Source of the DNA: Piromyces finnis finn
Lineage: Eukaryota; Fungi; Neocallimastigomycota
Assembly: GCA_002104945.1 (NCBI GenBank)
Contig: MCFH01000075.1
Coordinates: 124,001 to 188,000 of the forward strand
Direction: 5' to 3'
DNA: 64,000 nt
Below the pieces are notes generated by a model. That model was given only the letters and a program-made list of their open reading frames with translations. It was not told where the DNA came from and made no database searches. Made by a program: the position numbers and the translations under genes. This document shows, in pieces, positions 1 through 11,494 of the stretch (position 1 is the stretch's first letter; each line of letters begins with the position of its first letter).

Positions 1-121
1 TAGCGTTTGTTTTAATAATTATTAATTTCTAAAACTATTTTTTTCAATTTCGATTTAATAAATTAAAATAAAGAATTACTATAAATGACTTATAATAATT
101 TAAAATTCATTATAATTTGAA

Positions 122-1573
122 TTAATTGGTTTTAGTTTGAGCAGATAACCAAGCCCACATGTTACCATCAACGGAACAATTGGCATTGGTAACATAATTA
201 TTGGTGGAAGTAAGTTCACCACCTTCAATAGTAATGTTAGTAAAGTCAGCAAGAGTCTTGGAATTATCGAATTCCTTCTTAACATCATCATTGAAAGCAT
301 AAACCCAAGCGTAGTGACCAAAGTAAACGGATGATGGATCATCAGAACCAACAACACGATCTTTTAAGGTAAAGTGAACATTCTTAGCACCAGCATTAAT
401 TAATCTGTAGTAAGATGGGATGGTTGTCATTAATGGGTTAACGGTAGTATCATCTTCAGATTGTAAGAACCAAATATTGTAATCCTTAACTTGTTCAATC
501 ATTTCATCAGAAATGTTTTTGTTCATGTAGGCTTCACAGATTGGATAGAAAGCAGTGAAATAGTCACCATGTTCAAACATTAAATTCATAGTCATGTATC
601 CACCATTGGAGCAACCACCAAGGTAAATTCTACTAGTATCAATATCAGGGTTACTGGCAACATAATCTTGAATAGCTTCGAATAAAGCAGCATCATACTT
701 TGATCTTTGTCTTTCACCAGCTGGAGTATTATCATTGTATGTACCATCACCCTTGTCCATCCACATAGTTGGATTTTGAACAGCAAGAACGTAAGCACCT
801 CTTTGGGAACCAGTAGTAAAGTATTTTTGAATTTCATATCTTGAAAGGGCAGTAACTTCATTACCTAATAAAGCAATATCAATATCATGACCACCTTCAC
901 CAGCACCATGTAACCAAATAAGTAATGGATTCTTAACACCATCAGTTTCAGCACCTACTGGAGTAAAAGCAGCACGTTGTAAAGTGAAATCAGCATTAGT
1001 TGGTTGGAAAGTATCTTTTTTCCAGGTAGCAGTTTCTGGAATAACATAATTTTCCATTAAATTCTTCTTGTAAGTGGTCCAAACGTTTTCGTTACCATAT
1101 TCAGTTCCACCAACCTTGAAAGTCTTATTGTCAGCTAAATCTAATTCTAATTCATAAGAAGTAGCCCAATCATTTAAACCGGTGGCATTATCATAGACGA
1201 ATGGACTAGCATCACCAAAGGAAGCATTTATGAAATCAATGTAAACAGTACCAACCTTTAATAAGAAAGTTAAATATTTAGTGGCAGCATCAGTAATTTT
1301 AACACCATTGGCATCTGATGAGTAAACATCAATAATTTCACGTTCAGCACCTTCAGTTTTAATTATGAAAGTTTCTTTGTCAAAACCAAAAACAACATCT
1401 TCAAATTCAACAACAATCTTTGGGACGGCTGGACCCCATTCATAACCTTGAACAAACATTTGAGCATTAACAGCAGTTTCTACAGTGGTATAATCAATAG
1501 CACCACCTAAAACTGAAGTAAAGAGGAAGGTTAAAGCATATAAAAATGCTTGAATAAATATTGTTTGATTCAT
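122..1573 (-). CDS. Secreted alpha/beta-hydrolase (COG4099 predicted peptidase/esterase-like, N-terminal Ig-like region as in Thermotoga EstA), paralog A, intronless
   Basis: Likely start MNQTIFIQ (cat at 1571-1573) followed by a hydrophobic signal peptide (AFLYALTFLFTSVLG). Oxyanion motif LLIWLHGAGEGG, nucleophile elbow GGCSNGG (GxSxG), candidate Asp in SEDDTTV and His in GHYAW. Stop TAA at 122-124. Confidence 0.85.
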   Translation of the reverse strand: MNQTIFIQAFLYALTFLFTSVLGGAIDYTTVETAVNAQMFVQGYEWGPAVPKIVVEFEDVVFGFDKETFIIKTEGAEREIIDVYSSDANGVKITDAATKYLTFLLKVGTVYIDFINASFGDASPFVYDNATGLNDWATSYELELDLADNKTFKVGGTEYGNENVWTTYKKNLMENYVIPETATWKKDTFQPTNADFTLQRAAFTPVGAETDGVKNPLLIWLHGAGEGGHDIDIALLGNEVTALSRYEIQKYFTTGSQRGAYVLAVQNPTMWMDKGDGTYNDNTPAGERQRSKYDAALFEAIQDYVASNPDIDTSRIYLGGCSNGGYMTMNLMFEHGDYFTAFYPICEAYMNKNISDEMIEQVKDYNIWFLQSEDDTTVNPLMTTIPSYYRLINAGAKNVHFTLKDRVVGSDDPSSVYFGHYAWVYAFNDDVKKEFDNSKTLADFTNITIEGGELTSTNNYVTNANCSVDGNMWAWLSAQTKTN

Positions 1574-3506
1574 ATTTTGATTATTTAATTTTTTTTTAAA
1601 ATATTGCGAATATAATGAAAAAATATTTTGTACCAATACTTTATTTATATAAGAAAATGTATATATATAATAAATAAGCCCTTTTTTTTTTTTTTTTCTA
1701 AATCAAAACTACCGTTATATTAATTATTGAATAGAATATTACGTTACACATTTTTTTAATATATATATATGTAAAATATAAATGAATATAAACAAGTTCT
1801 TGATATTATATATATTTTAATTCTCCTATAATACATTTTAATTTATAAAATTATTTTTTCTTTTTTACTTTTGATATATTGATTTTGATATAAATAATCC
1901 TTTAATTTATTAGATTTAATTTTTAAATGTACAAAATTTTTCTTTGGTTACACAAAAGTATAACCAACTTTTAGTTGTTACCGTAAACAATATTAAATAA
2001 TAATATTGCTTAAATATAAGGGAAATTAAATAAATAATTTAGTTTAATTAAGGTTGAGACTTTTTTTTTGTGATAAATTGATTTAAATATTCTATAGTGA
2101 AGTTTTAATTGTAGAGTTAGAAAAAAATGATAGTGGATCTACTAAGGAGAATTAAATTTTGATTTTAATAAAAAAAAGCTCTTTTTTTTTTTAACTTTTA
2201 TAATTTATTTAATAAATTACAAAAATTATAATACCATTGTTCTACTCTTATACAATTTTATAACTTTACAAGTTTATGTTTATAATAATAATAATTAAAA
2301 AAAAAAAAACATTAAAAATTGTTGCCTTAAAAAAAATATAGAAAATAAACAATTCATTTTTATTATTAAATAAACTTTTGTTACACTAAAAAATTTTTTT
2401 TATTAATAAAATTTTCAATACAAAAAAGGAAAGTTATGATAAAATGAAGGTGAAACCATACTACTTTTTTTCCAAAAACAAAACAAAAAAAAGTTGATAC
2501 AAATTATAGTAAAGAAAATTTGCCTTTATATTTATTCAAGTCATCTTTTTTCATAAGAGAGAATAAACATCATATTTATTTTTTATATGTTAAATTAATC
2601 ATAATAAACATTTATTTTATTATATTTTATAAAAATATTTGACCATTTAATTATTTAAATACTTTTATATAGGATAGAAGCTATAATACTATTTGAATCT
2701 TATGAAATATTATAACACCCTCTTTAAGAAAGAGTAAATTATATATATATTATATTTATTTAAATATTTGTATAATAATTAATATGATAAAAAAATTAAT
2801 ATTAAACAAATAATAATGACAAAAAGTGATACTTTAAAAGCGATTATGAAAAATTATAAAGAAGAAATGAATTATTATATAAACAAATTAGTTATTAATA
2901 AATATTTAATTCTTTAAGCATGAATGTTTAATATAAGTAAAAGTATAATTAATATTTTATTAGATAATGTCTCTTTTCATAAATAATAATACTATAATGA
3001 TTATTAATAATAGCGATAATTAATATTGATGGTAATGATAATAATATCATTATTAATATTATTATTATATTAATATTATTAATTATTTCTTTTTTTATAG
3101 TTTATTTGTTTTAAAAAAGAAATCCGCAAATTCGTAATATTTTACTTTTTTTCAATTTTCTAAATTAATTTAAAATTTCTGTAAATTATTAACGGCAGGT
3201 AATATTGAGATTATCATTTTTAAATACTAATAAACTACTGGCTAATAAAGTGTTACACACAACGGTATATAGTTTTATTTGAAATATTTGATAAAAGTAT
3301 GAAATGTACACAATGTATACAAAATACATTATAATTATTTTTATTTAAGTATTACATAATTATATATTTCATTCATTATATCATTATATATACTAAATGC
3401 TATATAATTGGTAGTGGGAAAATTGTCCATCTAAATTGGAGCTTAATTTAACTAAATTTTTTTGAAAAATTTTTTTTGGAAAATTTTTGCCACTTTTTCG
3501 AAATTT

Positions 3507-3578
3507 TTCTGGCTAGAATTCTGCCTGAGGAAAAATTTCTTCTGGCCAGAAAGTCTGGCTAAAATCGCCCAAAATCTA
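3507..3578 (+). repeat. Dispersed repeat, copy A (partner at 7028-7099)
   Basis: Ungapped hand alignment to 7028-7099 gives 54/72 identities. Both copies are built from TCTGGCTAAAA-like subunits. Confidence 0.65.
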
Positions 3579-3589
3579 AGATTTATACT

Positions 3590-3636
3590 AAATCCACAGG
3601 CACTGAAAATCCGCAGATGTCAGTGCCTGTGGATTT
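3590..3636. other. Perfect 17-bp inverted repeat (hairpin) with 13-nt loop
   Basis: aaatccacaggcactga (3590-3606) is the exact reverse complement of tcagtgcctgtggattt (3620-3636). Confidence 0.85.
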
Positions 3637-3699
3637 TCCCACTGGGTTTGCCATGGGTTGGGTTATGATATTCAGGTAAGTATAAATGAACTTTCTAAT

Positions 3700-4097
3700 T
3701 TACTACTATGATAATAACACTCGTCTAGCCGGCCTGAGAGGGTCTAATGTACATGGTATATTCCAAATTAGAACTTAATAAGTGGTGACTTAGGCTATGC
3801 CAAAAACACATAATATTCTTTAATCAATTTAAGTGTAAACATTAGGGGGCGGTTGACACGTGATCAAATTGACTATAAGAGGCTTAGCATTGTAGTTGTG
3901 AAATATCGTACAACGACATGCATCTAATGTACATGGATTAAGTGAGCGTCGAAGCTGAAGAAACAGTATGACAGACCAGGAGGGTCACAACCACCTAGCA
4001 ATAGGAATGAGCCAACGTTTCTCTAAGAACCACCATTGGAGCTAACTCTGATCGATGGGAGAAATGCACTCGGAAGTTAAAAAAAAAAAAAAAAAAA
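3700..4097 (+). mobile_element. GC-elevated island ending in A19; probable 3' remnant of a non-LTR (LINE/SINE-like) element
   Basis: Much higher GC than its flanks. Ends GGAAGTT then poly(A) at 4079-4097. 3944-3992 is homologous to 54523-54574 (minus strand). 14-bp direct repeat tctaatgtacatgg at 3743 and 3923. The left boundary is approximate. Confidence 0.4.
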
Positions 4098-4576
4098 TAT
4101 TTTATAAAACCATGGTAAATTGAGTATAAAGCATCCAATAGCAATACTTTAATATACTAATGTTGACAATTAAGTGATATCATTTATTCATATTATAGGT
4201 ATAAAAATATGTATATATAAGGAGGTAATATTTCATATTTGTTATAATCAAATAATAGTCATTATTATTATTTTTGTGAAATACATTATATACATAAAAT
4301 TGTTAATAATTATGATTAAATTTAAGATACTTAAATAGCAATAACCTTTTATTATTTTTTTAATGTGTAGAAATTATATAGAAAAATTATATATCATGAT
4401 GGTATTAATATATTTCTTAATGTATATTATAATAACACTTTTTCCCCTTACATTATTTAATATTTTTAAATATATTCATAGTTAATTACAATATCAATAC
4501 TTTTTTTATAGTATATACTCATTAACATATTTATTTATTGCTTACCAATTATTCATTAATTCTATATTTTTGGACT

Positions 4577-4790
4577 TTATTATTTAATATTTTAATATTT
4601 CATTATTTCATTACTACCATCAAGAGATAATATACAAATTTTTATCATTATTATTATTAATATTAATAGTTATTAAACATTTATTATTATTTAATATTTT
4701 AATATTTCATTATTTCATTACTACCATCAAGAGATAATATACAAATTTTTATCATTGTTATTATTAATATTAATAGTTATTAAACATTTA
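4577..4790. repeat. Tandem duplication, 107-bp unit x2
   Basis: ctaccatcaagagataatatacaaatttttatcatt occurs at 4614 and 4721; the two units are nearly identical. Confidence 0.85.
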
Positions 4791-5142
4791 TTAAATATAT
4801 TAGTACATATTGTCTCTATTTGAATTATTTTTTATTCATAAATATTATAATTGTAGGTTTAGTAATATTTTAAAATATATTTTAAGTAGTATTGTTTCTA
4901 AAATAAATTTGTTTACTTTTTTTTTTTTTTTTTTTTTCTATTTATTTATTTCTTATATTCTCATTCTCAGCTTTTTTCTGAAACCTTGATATAAAATATC
5001 AAAATACATATAAAAACTATTGAATAAATAGCTTACTTATTATAAAATAGTACATTACAATATAAGCGATTTTAAAATATTGACATAGTTTATTATAGTT
5101 AAATTTTAATACAATATTTATATATTTTGAATTATTTTTTTA

Positions 5143-5169
5143 AAATAAATAAATAAATAAATAAATAAG

Positions 5170-5252
<83 letters not shown>

Positions 5253-5254
5253 AT
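5143..5254. repeat. (AAAT)n microsatellite
   Basis: Seen directly; one AAGT variant. Confidence 0.95.
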
Positions 5255-5520
5255 CATATTAATTATTATTTTATAATAATTAAAAATAAAAAAAAAGATT
5301 TCAATATTATAATTATATTTATTCTATTGAAAGAAGAGATATTATATATTAATAATAATAATGTTACTCTAAAAAAAAAATCATCATTATTTCCATTATA
5401 ATATTAATTATATTAATATATTAAAATCAAATATTTTTAAAATACAAAATACAATATATTATAATAACAATATTGTTATTATTATAGATATTTTAAATAA
5501 ATAAAAGTGAAATTGGATGA

Positions 5521-5924
5521 TAACGTCCTATTAAAAAAAAGCAATAGAAAGTAAGAAAGGAAAATTTAGACATTATAAATTTCGTAGATATTGCATCAAA
5601 AAAGGTCACCCACTTAAATATAATTCATTTTCTAATAAAACATGGCATCAATAAGGATATAATATATTAATGTTTACCTCCAAATTTGATCATATTGAAT
5701 ATGGTGGTAGATTGTATAATTAATAATAAACTTGATATTAATGAAGTAGATAATATATAATAAAATTGATATTAATGAAATAACAATAGAAAAGCTACAT
5801 TAAAGAACTTTGCGATGCAATTTCAGAAACGGCAAAATTATTGTATCATAAAACTTTTTCGAAAGAAAGTAATGAATCAGATACAATACCAACAATTACA
5901 ATAACAACTACTGAAGACTTTTAA
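5521..5924 (+). pseudogene. Degenerate ankyrin-repeat gene fragment
   Basis: The frame reading through 5581 gives ...ENLDIINFVDIASKKVTHLNIIHFLIKHGINKD, resembling the ankyrin A..GHL.IV.LL..G pattern. A downstream fragment reads YIKELCDAISETAKLLYHKTF...TTTEDF*. Interrupted by stops and frameshifts. Confidence 0.4.
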
Positions 5925-7027
5925 TATAATATATTTATGACTTTTTATTTTATAATTAATATATATTTAGATTTTATTATCCGTTAGAACTAAATTACAA
6001 TTTAAAATTTTTTATGAATTATTAGAATATTTAAATAAAAAAAATTCTGAATTTATAAGTTCTAATTATTTAAAAAACAATATGTTAATGCTATTTTATA
6101 ATAAAGAGCTCTTTTCATTCAATAAAAAAATAATAATAAAGATTTTATAAAATATAATTAATTCTCTTACACTAAATAAACTTAAATTACAAAATTTAAA
6201 GTTTCTACAAGTTTTTATAATTGAAATTTTATTATAACTCATAAAAATTATTCACTATTACAAAAAAAAAAAAAAAATAAACATATTCGTAAAAATACAT
6301 CTTTCTAAATCTTTTTTTTTAAACATACACACAACCTTTCATGTATAAAGGTATGTTGAAAATATATATAAAAAAAGTAAATATTTAATACTAAAGTTCA
6401 TTGGTTATGATAGTTTCATATTACCTACCAATTACCTAGAGAGTAAATTTTAAATAGTATTAAGCTTGATGATATTATTATATTAACATAATAAAATATA
6501 TATTATTTTATAATTTTTAATAATTTTTAATATACACTTAAATAAACATTTACTATTTTAAAATTATATTATTTTTAATATATATGTCAATAGAGTTTAA
6601 AGAAGCACAAAAAAAAAAAATAAAATCTTATTAAATATTAAAAGGGAAATTTTTATTAATTTTTAGTAATTTATCTCATTTTAAAATCTCAAAATTATAT
6701 AAAATAAAGTTTATATATTAATTAATTTTTATATTAATTAATTTTATTATTGTTTCACAAAAAATAAAAACAATGTGATTTTTTTTTTTATTAAAACATC
6801 GAAATTTAAATTAGTTGTAGTTTTCAGAGAAACATTTAAAAGTGATGGCTGATGAAATTCCAAAAGTTAAATCATATTAAACTATCAGCAAAATTCAACC
6901 TTAAAAATTTTGTTGTTGTTTGTTTGTTGAATTTATTTAATATTTCTTTAATACATCCTTTTTTTTACACCTAACATTCTAAATTGAAAATTATATTTTT
7001 TTATTTCGATTTAACTACAAAAAAAAA

Positions 7028-7099
7028 TTCTTGCTAAAAGTCTAGCAGAGGTCGAGTTTATTCTGGCTAAAAAGCTTGGTTAAAATCGTCAAAAATCTA
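7028..7099 (+). repeat. Dispersed repeat, copy B (partner at 3507-3578)
   Basis: About 75% ungapped identity to copy A, same orientation. Confidence 0.65.
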
Positions 7100-7201
7100 G
7101 AAGAAAATTACTAATTCATCTCAATTTTTAATCATTTTGATAAAATATGAAATTATTAATAATAAATTTACAATAGAAAAATCTAAATAAGTTCAGTTAC
7201 A

Positions 7202-7274
7202 ATCTAGTAAAAAAAATCACGGCCATCAAATGGCTCAGATCCCTACAACAAAAAACCGTGTACTTTTACTAGAT
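7202..7274. other. Small inverted-repeat element (MITE-like or hairpin)
   Basis: atctagtaaaa (7202-7212) and ttttactagat (7264-7274) form a perfect 11-bp IR. Inner arms cacgg (7218-7222) and ccgtg (7256-7260), plus an internal gccat-caa-atggc hairpin. Confidence 0.6.
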
Positions 7275-7660
7275 CATCAATATCAATTCCGTCTGTAGTA
7301 ATGTATATCTATTTTTGGGATAATCAAACATAAACAATAAAAATACCTTTACACACTTTTTAGATTTATTTATTTATTTATTTTTATTATAGTTTTTTTT
7401 TTTTTTTATTTTTTAACAATAAAGTTTTTTTTTTATTTTTAATTTAATATTTATTTTCTTTTTATAGTTTTTATATGAAAATAAATAAATCTATTTTTAT
7501 AATATTACACATTTTACATTATATATCAATTCTTCAATTTTTTTTTTAAAAAAAAAGAAAAATTATAGTAATTCATTAAATTTTTTAATAAATTATTTTT
7601 ATATATATATTTAGTTTTTTATTTTTATATCTATCTATAATAAAAAGATTATTTTTAAAT

Positions 7661-9124
7661 TTACTTAGTTTGAGAAGCTAACCAAGCCCACATGTTACCA
7701 TCCTTAGAACAGTTAGCGTTGGTAACGTAATTGTCCTTTGAAGTTAAAACACCTTCTTCAATAGTGATGTTATCATAATCTTCAAGAACCTTGGCATTAT
7801 CGAATTGTTCCTTAACATCATCATTGAAAGCGTAAACCCATGAATAGTGACCCATATAAACAGCAGAAGCATCATCAACACCCTTAACATGATCCTTTAA
7901 AGTGAAGTGAACATTCTTTGCACCAGCATTAATTAATCTGTAGAATGATGGAATAGTTGTCATTAATGGATCAACAGTAGTATCATCTTCAGATTGTAAG
8001 AACCAGATATTGTAGTCCTTAACTTGTTCAATCATTTCATCAGAAATGTTCTTGTTCATGTAGGCTTCACAAATTGGGTAGAAAGCAGTGAAGAAATCAC
8101 CATGTTCAAACATTAAGTTCATGGTCATGTATCCACCATTGGAACAACCACCGAGGTAAATTCTCTTGGTATCAATATCATCATTGCTTTCAACGTAATC
8201 CTTAATAGCAGCGAATAAAGCAGCATCATAGTAAGACTTTTGCTTTTCACCAGCTGGAATATCATCATTGTAAGTACCATCACCCTTGTCCATCCACATT
8301 GTTGGAGTTTGGACAATAAGAACGTAAGCACCCTTTTGCTTTTCAGTAGTGAAATACTTTTGAATTTCACCTTCTCTGGAAAGAGCAACAACTTCATTAC
8401 CAAGTAAAGGAATATCGGTATCAACACCACCTTCACCAGCACCATGTAACCAAATGATTAATGGGTTCTTAACACCATCAGTAGCAGCACCCTTTGGAGT
8501 AAAGGAAGCACGTTGTAAGGTAATTTTATCACTCTTGTTGGTGAATGAATCCTTCTTCCAAACAGCAGTTTCTGGAACAATGAAATTTTTCATTAAATCC
8601 TTTTTGTAGGTAGTCCATTCATTTTTGTTACCATATTCAAAATCACCGATTTTGAAACTCTTACCTTCAGCTAAGTCTAATTCTAATTCAAATGATTCAG
8701 CCCATTTGTTTACAAAGGCAACGAAATCATAAGTAAATGGACTAGCATCACCAACAGATGAATTCATAAATTCAATGAATAAAGTACCAACCTTTAAGTC
8801 AAAGGAAACATACTTTGAAGCAGATTCAGTTTCCTTACCTTCCTTATCAGAATTGTAAACATCAATGATTTCACGAGTAGTGTTAGCAGTTTTAATTAAG
8901 AATGTATCTTTATCAAATCCAGTGACATCATCTTCAAATTCTACAATAATTTTTGGAACAGCTGGACCCCATTCATAACCTTGAACAATCATTTGAGCGT
9001 TGACGGCATTTTTAGCGTCAACTGGGGCAACTGGTTTTGGCTTAGTTACATAACACTTTTTTCCAAAAGTGGAAAGAATTAATAATGCAAAAGCAAACAA
9101 ATTAACAAAATTCTTATTAATCAT
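7661..9124 (-). CDS. Secreted alpha/beta-hydrolase (COG4099-like), paralog B, intronless
   Basis: Signal peptide (FVNLFAFALLILSTFG), WLHGAGEGG, GGCSNGG, SEDDTTV, GHYSW. Colinear and highly similar to 122-1573 from AVNAQM onward. Confidence 0.9.
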   Translation of the reverse strand: MINKNFVNLFAFALLILSTFGKKCYVTKPKPVAPVDAKNAVNAQMIVQGYEWGPAVPKIIVEFEDDVTGFDKDTFLIKTANTTREIIDVYNSDKEGKETESASKYVSFDLKVGTLFIEFMNSSVGDASPFTYDFVAFVNKWAESFELELDLAEGKSFKIGDFEYGNKNEWTTYKKDLMKNFIVPETAVWKKDSFTNKSDKITLQRASFTPKGAATDGVKNPLIIWLHGAGEGGVDTDIPLLGNEVVALSREGEIQKYFTTEKQKGAYVLIVQTPTMWMDKGDGTYNDDIPAGEKQKSYYDAALFAAIKDYVESNDDIDTKRIYLGGCSNGGYMTMNLMFEHGDFFTAFYPICEAYMNKNISDEMIEQVKDYNIWFLQSEDDTTVDPLMTTIPSFYRLINAGAKNVHFTLKDHVKGVDDASAVYMGHYSWVYAFNDDVKEQFDNAKVLEDYDNITIEEGVLTSKDNYVTNANCSKDGNMWAWLASQTK

Positions 9125-11266
9125 TTTGTTGATTATTTTAAATTTTTTTATGATTTAATAATAAAAAAATTTTTTTAGAATTTTTTTTATATATTTATAT
9201 AAAAAAAAAATAAATACTAAATAAACTTTATTAAATATTAATATTTATGAATCATATTCTTTATTACACAAAAACTATGTCACATATACCGTTAAAAATA
9301 ATAGACAATAAAATAAATTAAACAATATTTAGAAACTGCATTAATATCATTATAAATATTAAATTAATATATGAATGATGTTTATTATTCATAAAAATAT
9401 TATTTTTAACTTTATTAATAGTTACCAATAAATAAAAACATTACTTTACAATATTAAAAACATTAAATAATAATATTTCTATATTAAAAAAATTTTTTAT
9501 TATTATTTTATTATTTTTAAATAATTTCTATTATAATAATTAAAGTATAATTTATATAATTTGTTTTTTATTTCATTATATAATATAATGAAATAAAAAA
9601 AAACATAAACAATTTAAACTTTTTTACTATGTTTTTTTTCAGTAATTTTTAAAGTTACACGTCAAAACAATAATTTTAATTAATTTAATATATAATTAAT
9701 TAATTAATTATATATTAAAGTTTAATTAAATTTAAATTTTCCATATATCTAATTTATAAATTTGATAGGATTTTCTTGCCCAAAGAAAAAAAAAAGTTAT
9801 TTTAAAATAAACTATTTTAAAATAAAAATTAATATGGTTAAATAATACAAAAATTATCCACAAAATCTTATACTTTATAGAAAAAAAAAGTTTAAAATTG
9901 GAGTCACGTTTAAAAATAGTAAAAGAAAAGAGTTTTTTTTTATTTATTTATTTAATTCATTACTTAGATTACTTAGCTTTTCTATTTTTTGCCTTCTTTT
10001 TTTTATTTTAAAATTTATTATTAATAATGTCACCATCAGAAAAAAAAAAAGTTTTAATGCTATATAAATACAAATAAATAGAAATAAAAAAAAATATTTT
10101 TTTGCATAAAAAATATTATTATTATCATTTGAATTTACTATATTATTATATAATATTGTAATATTAATAAAACTAAATACTTTATTAATGATAATAACAT
10201 AAAAAAAAAGAATAGGAGAAAAATCAAATAAAAAATTCAATTTAAAATAGTTTGATTTTTTGTATCACCTTTATGTAACTTTTTTTAATAATAAAAGGAA
10301 TTTTTTTTTTATATATTTTTAAATTAATAAATAAAAAGTTACTGATATTAATTTATTTACTATTATTATTACCTATTTATCCAAATTAAAAAAAGGATCT
10401 ATATATAAATAAATGAATAAATGAAAAATAAAAGATTATGAAATAAAACTATTTCTAGTAAAAAACATAATAATAACTAAGAAATTATAATTGATTATTT
10501 TTGTTAATCATTGATAATTACAAAGTTTTTAAAAGATTTCAATAGTAGAATGTATCATTCAAAATATGAATAATATTAAACGATTATAATAATGAAATAT
10601 TTTAATAGTACTTGGCATTTAAATAATAGGATAAATTTCAAATATAATATTAATAGTATATTATCTTAAAAATAAATAAAATAAAAAAAAAGGGTTTTAT
10701 TAATTAATAAATAAATAAACAAAATTTATCAATTAAAAAAAAAAATAAATAATAATTATCATTATATAGTTTGTTTTTATTCATTAATGATTTTTATTTT
10801 TATATGAATTAATATATGTTAATAGTGATAATTTATAAATAATCGTCAAAGTTATTCGGATAATTATTGAGAACTAAATTAATAATTTAATAGGATATCA
10901 TATATTGTTGATTTTAATTCGGACAATTCTAGAGGAATATATTAATAATTTAATAGGATATCAAATAAGCTATTATGATATTATCAATAATGTTCAATAA
11001 AATTATCATATCATATTAAGCAAAGATGGAAAACTTGAGTGATAGATCAGTCTTATATACTTTTAGGAATATAGATTCAGCGGAGTAATTCATAGATTTA
11101 TAAAAAAATTATTATTTAACTCTTCATTAATACACTCTAAAAATCAAGTTAATATATAACTTGATTTTTAATATATTGAGTCAAAAGTTAAAATTAATAT
11201 TGAAGATGTTAACTATAAAATACAAAAAATGTTCATTTGATTTACCAGCCTTTGTTGCTTCATTGA

Positions 11267-11494
<228 letters not shown>

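Noticed and set aside
3725-3743. TAGCCGGCCTGAGAGGGT resembles a conserved bacterial 16S rRNA segment
   Set aside because: The match is under 20 nt and the flanks do not continue as rRNA.
3955-3992. CTGAAGA hammerhead-like core and an HDV-like CC-loop hairpin in the shared repeat core
   Set aside because: No stem II plus GAAA for a hammerhead; no P1/P1.1 GG register for an HDV-like fold in either orientation.
3608-4260. Group I intron-like words (AATCCGCAG, GACTAT ... ATAGTC)
   Set aside because: Spacing is inconsistent, there are no P3/P4/P6 helices, and there is no host exon.
361-8165. Possible gene conversion between the esterase paralogs in the catalytic region
   Set aside because: Synonymous differences are scattered throughout the near-identical protein segment, which fits purifying selection.
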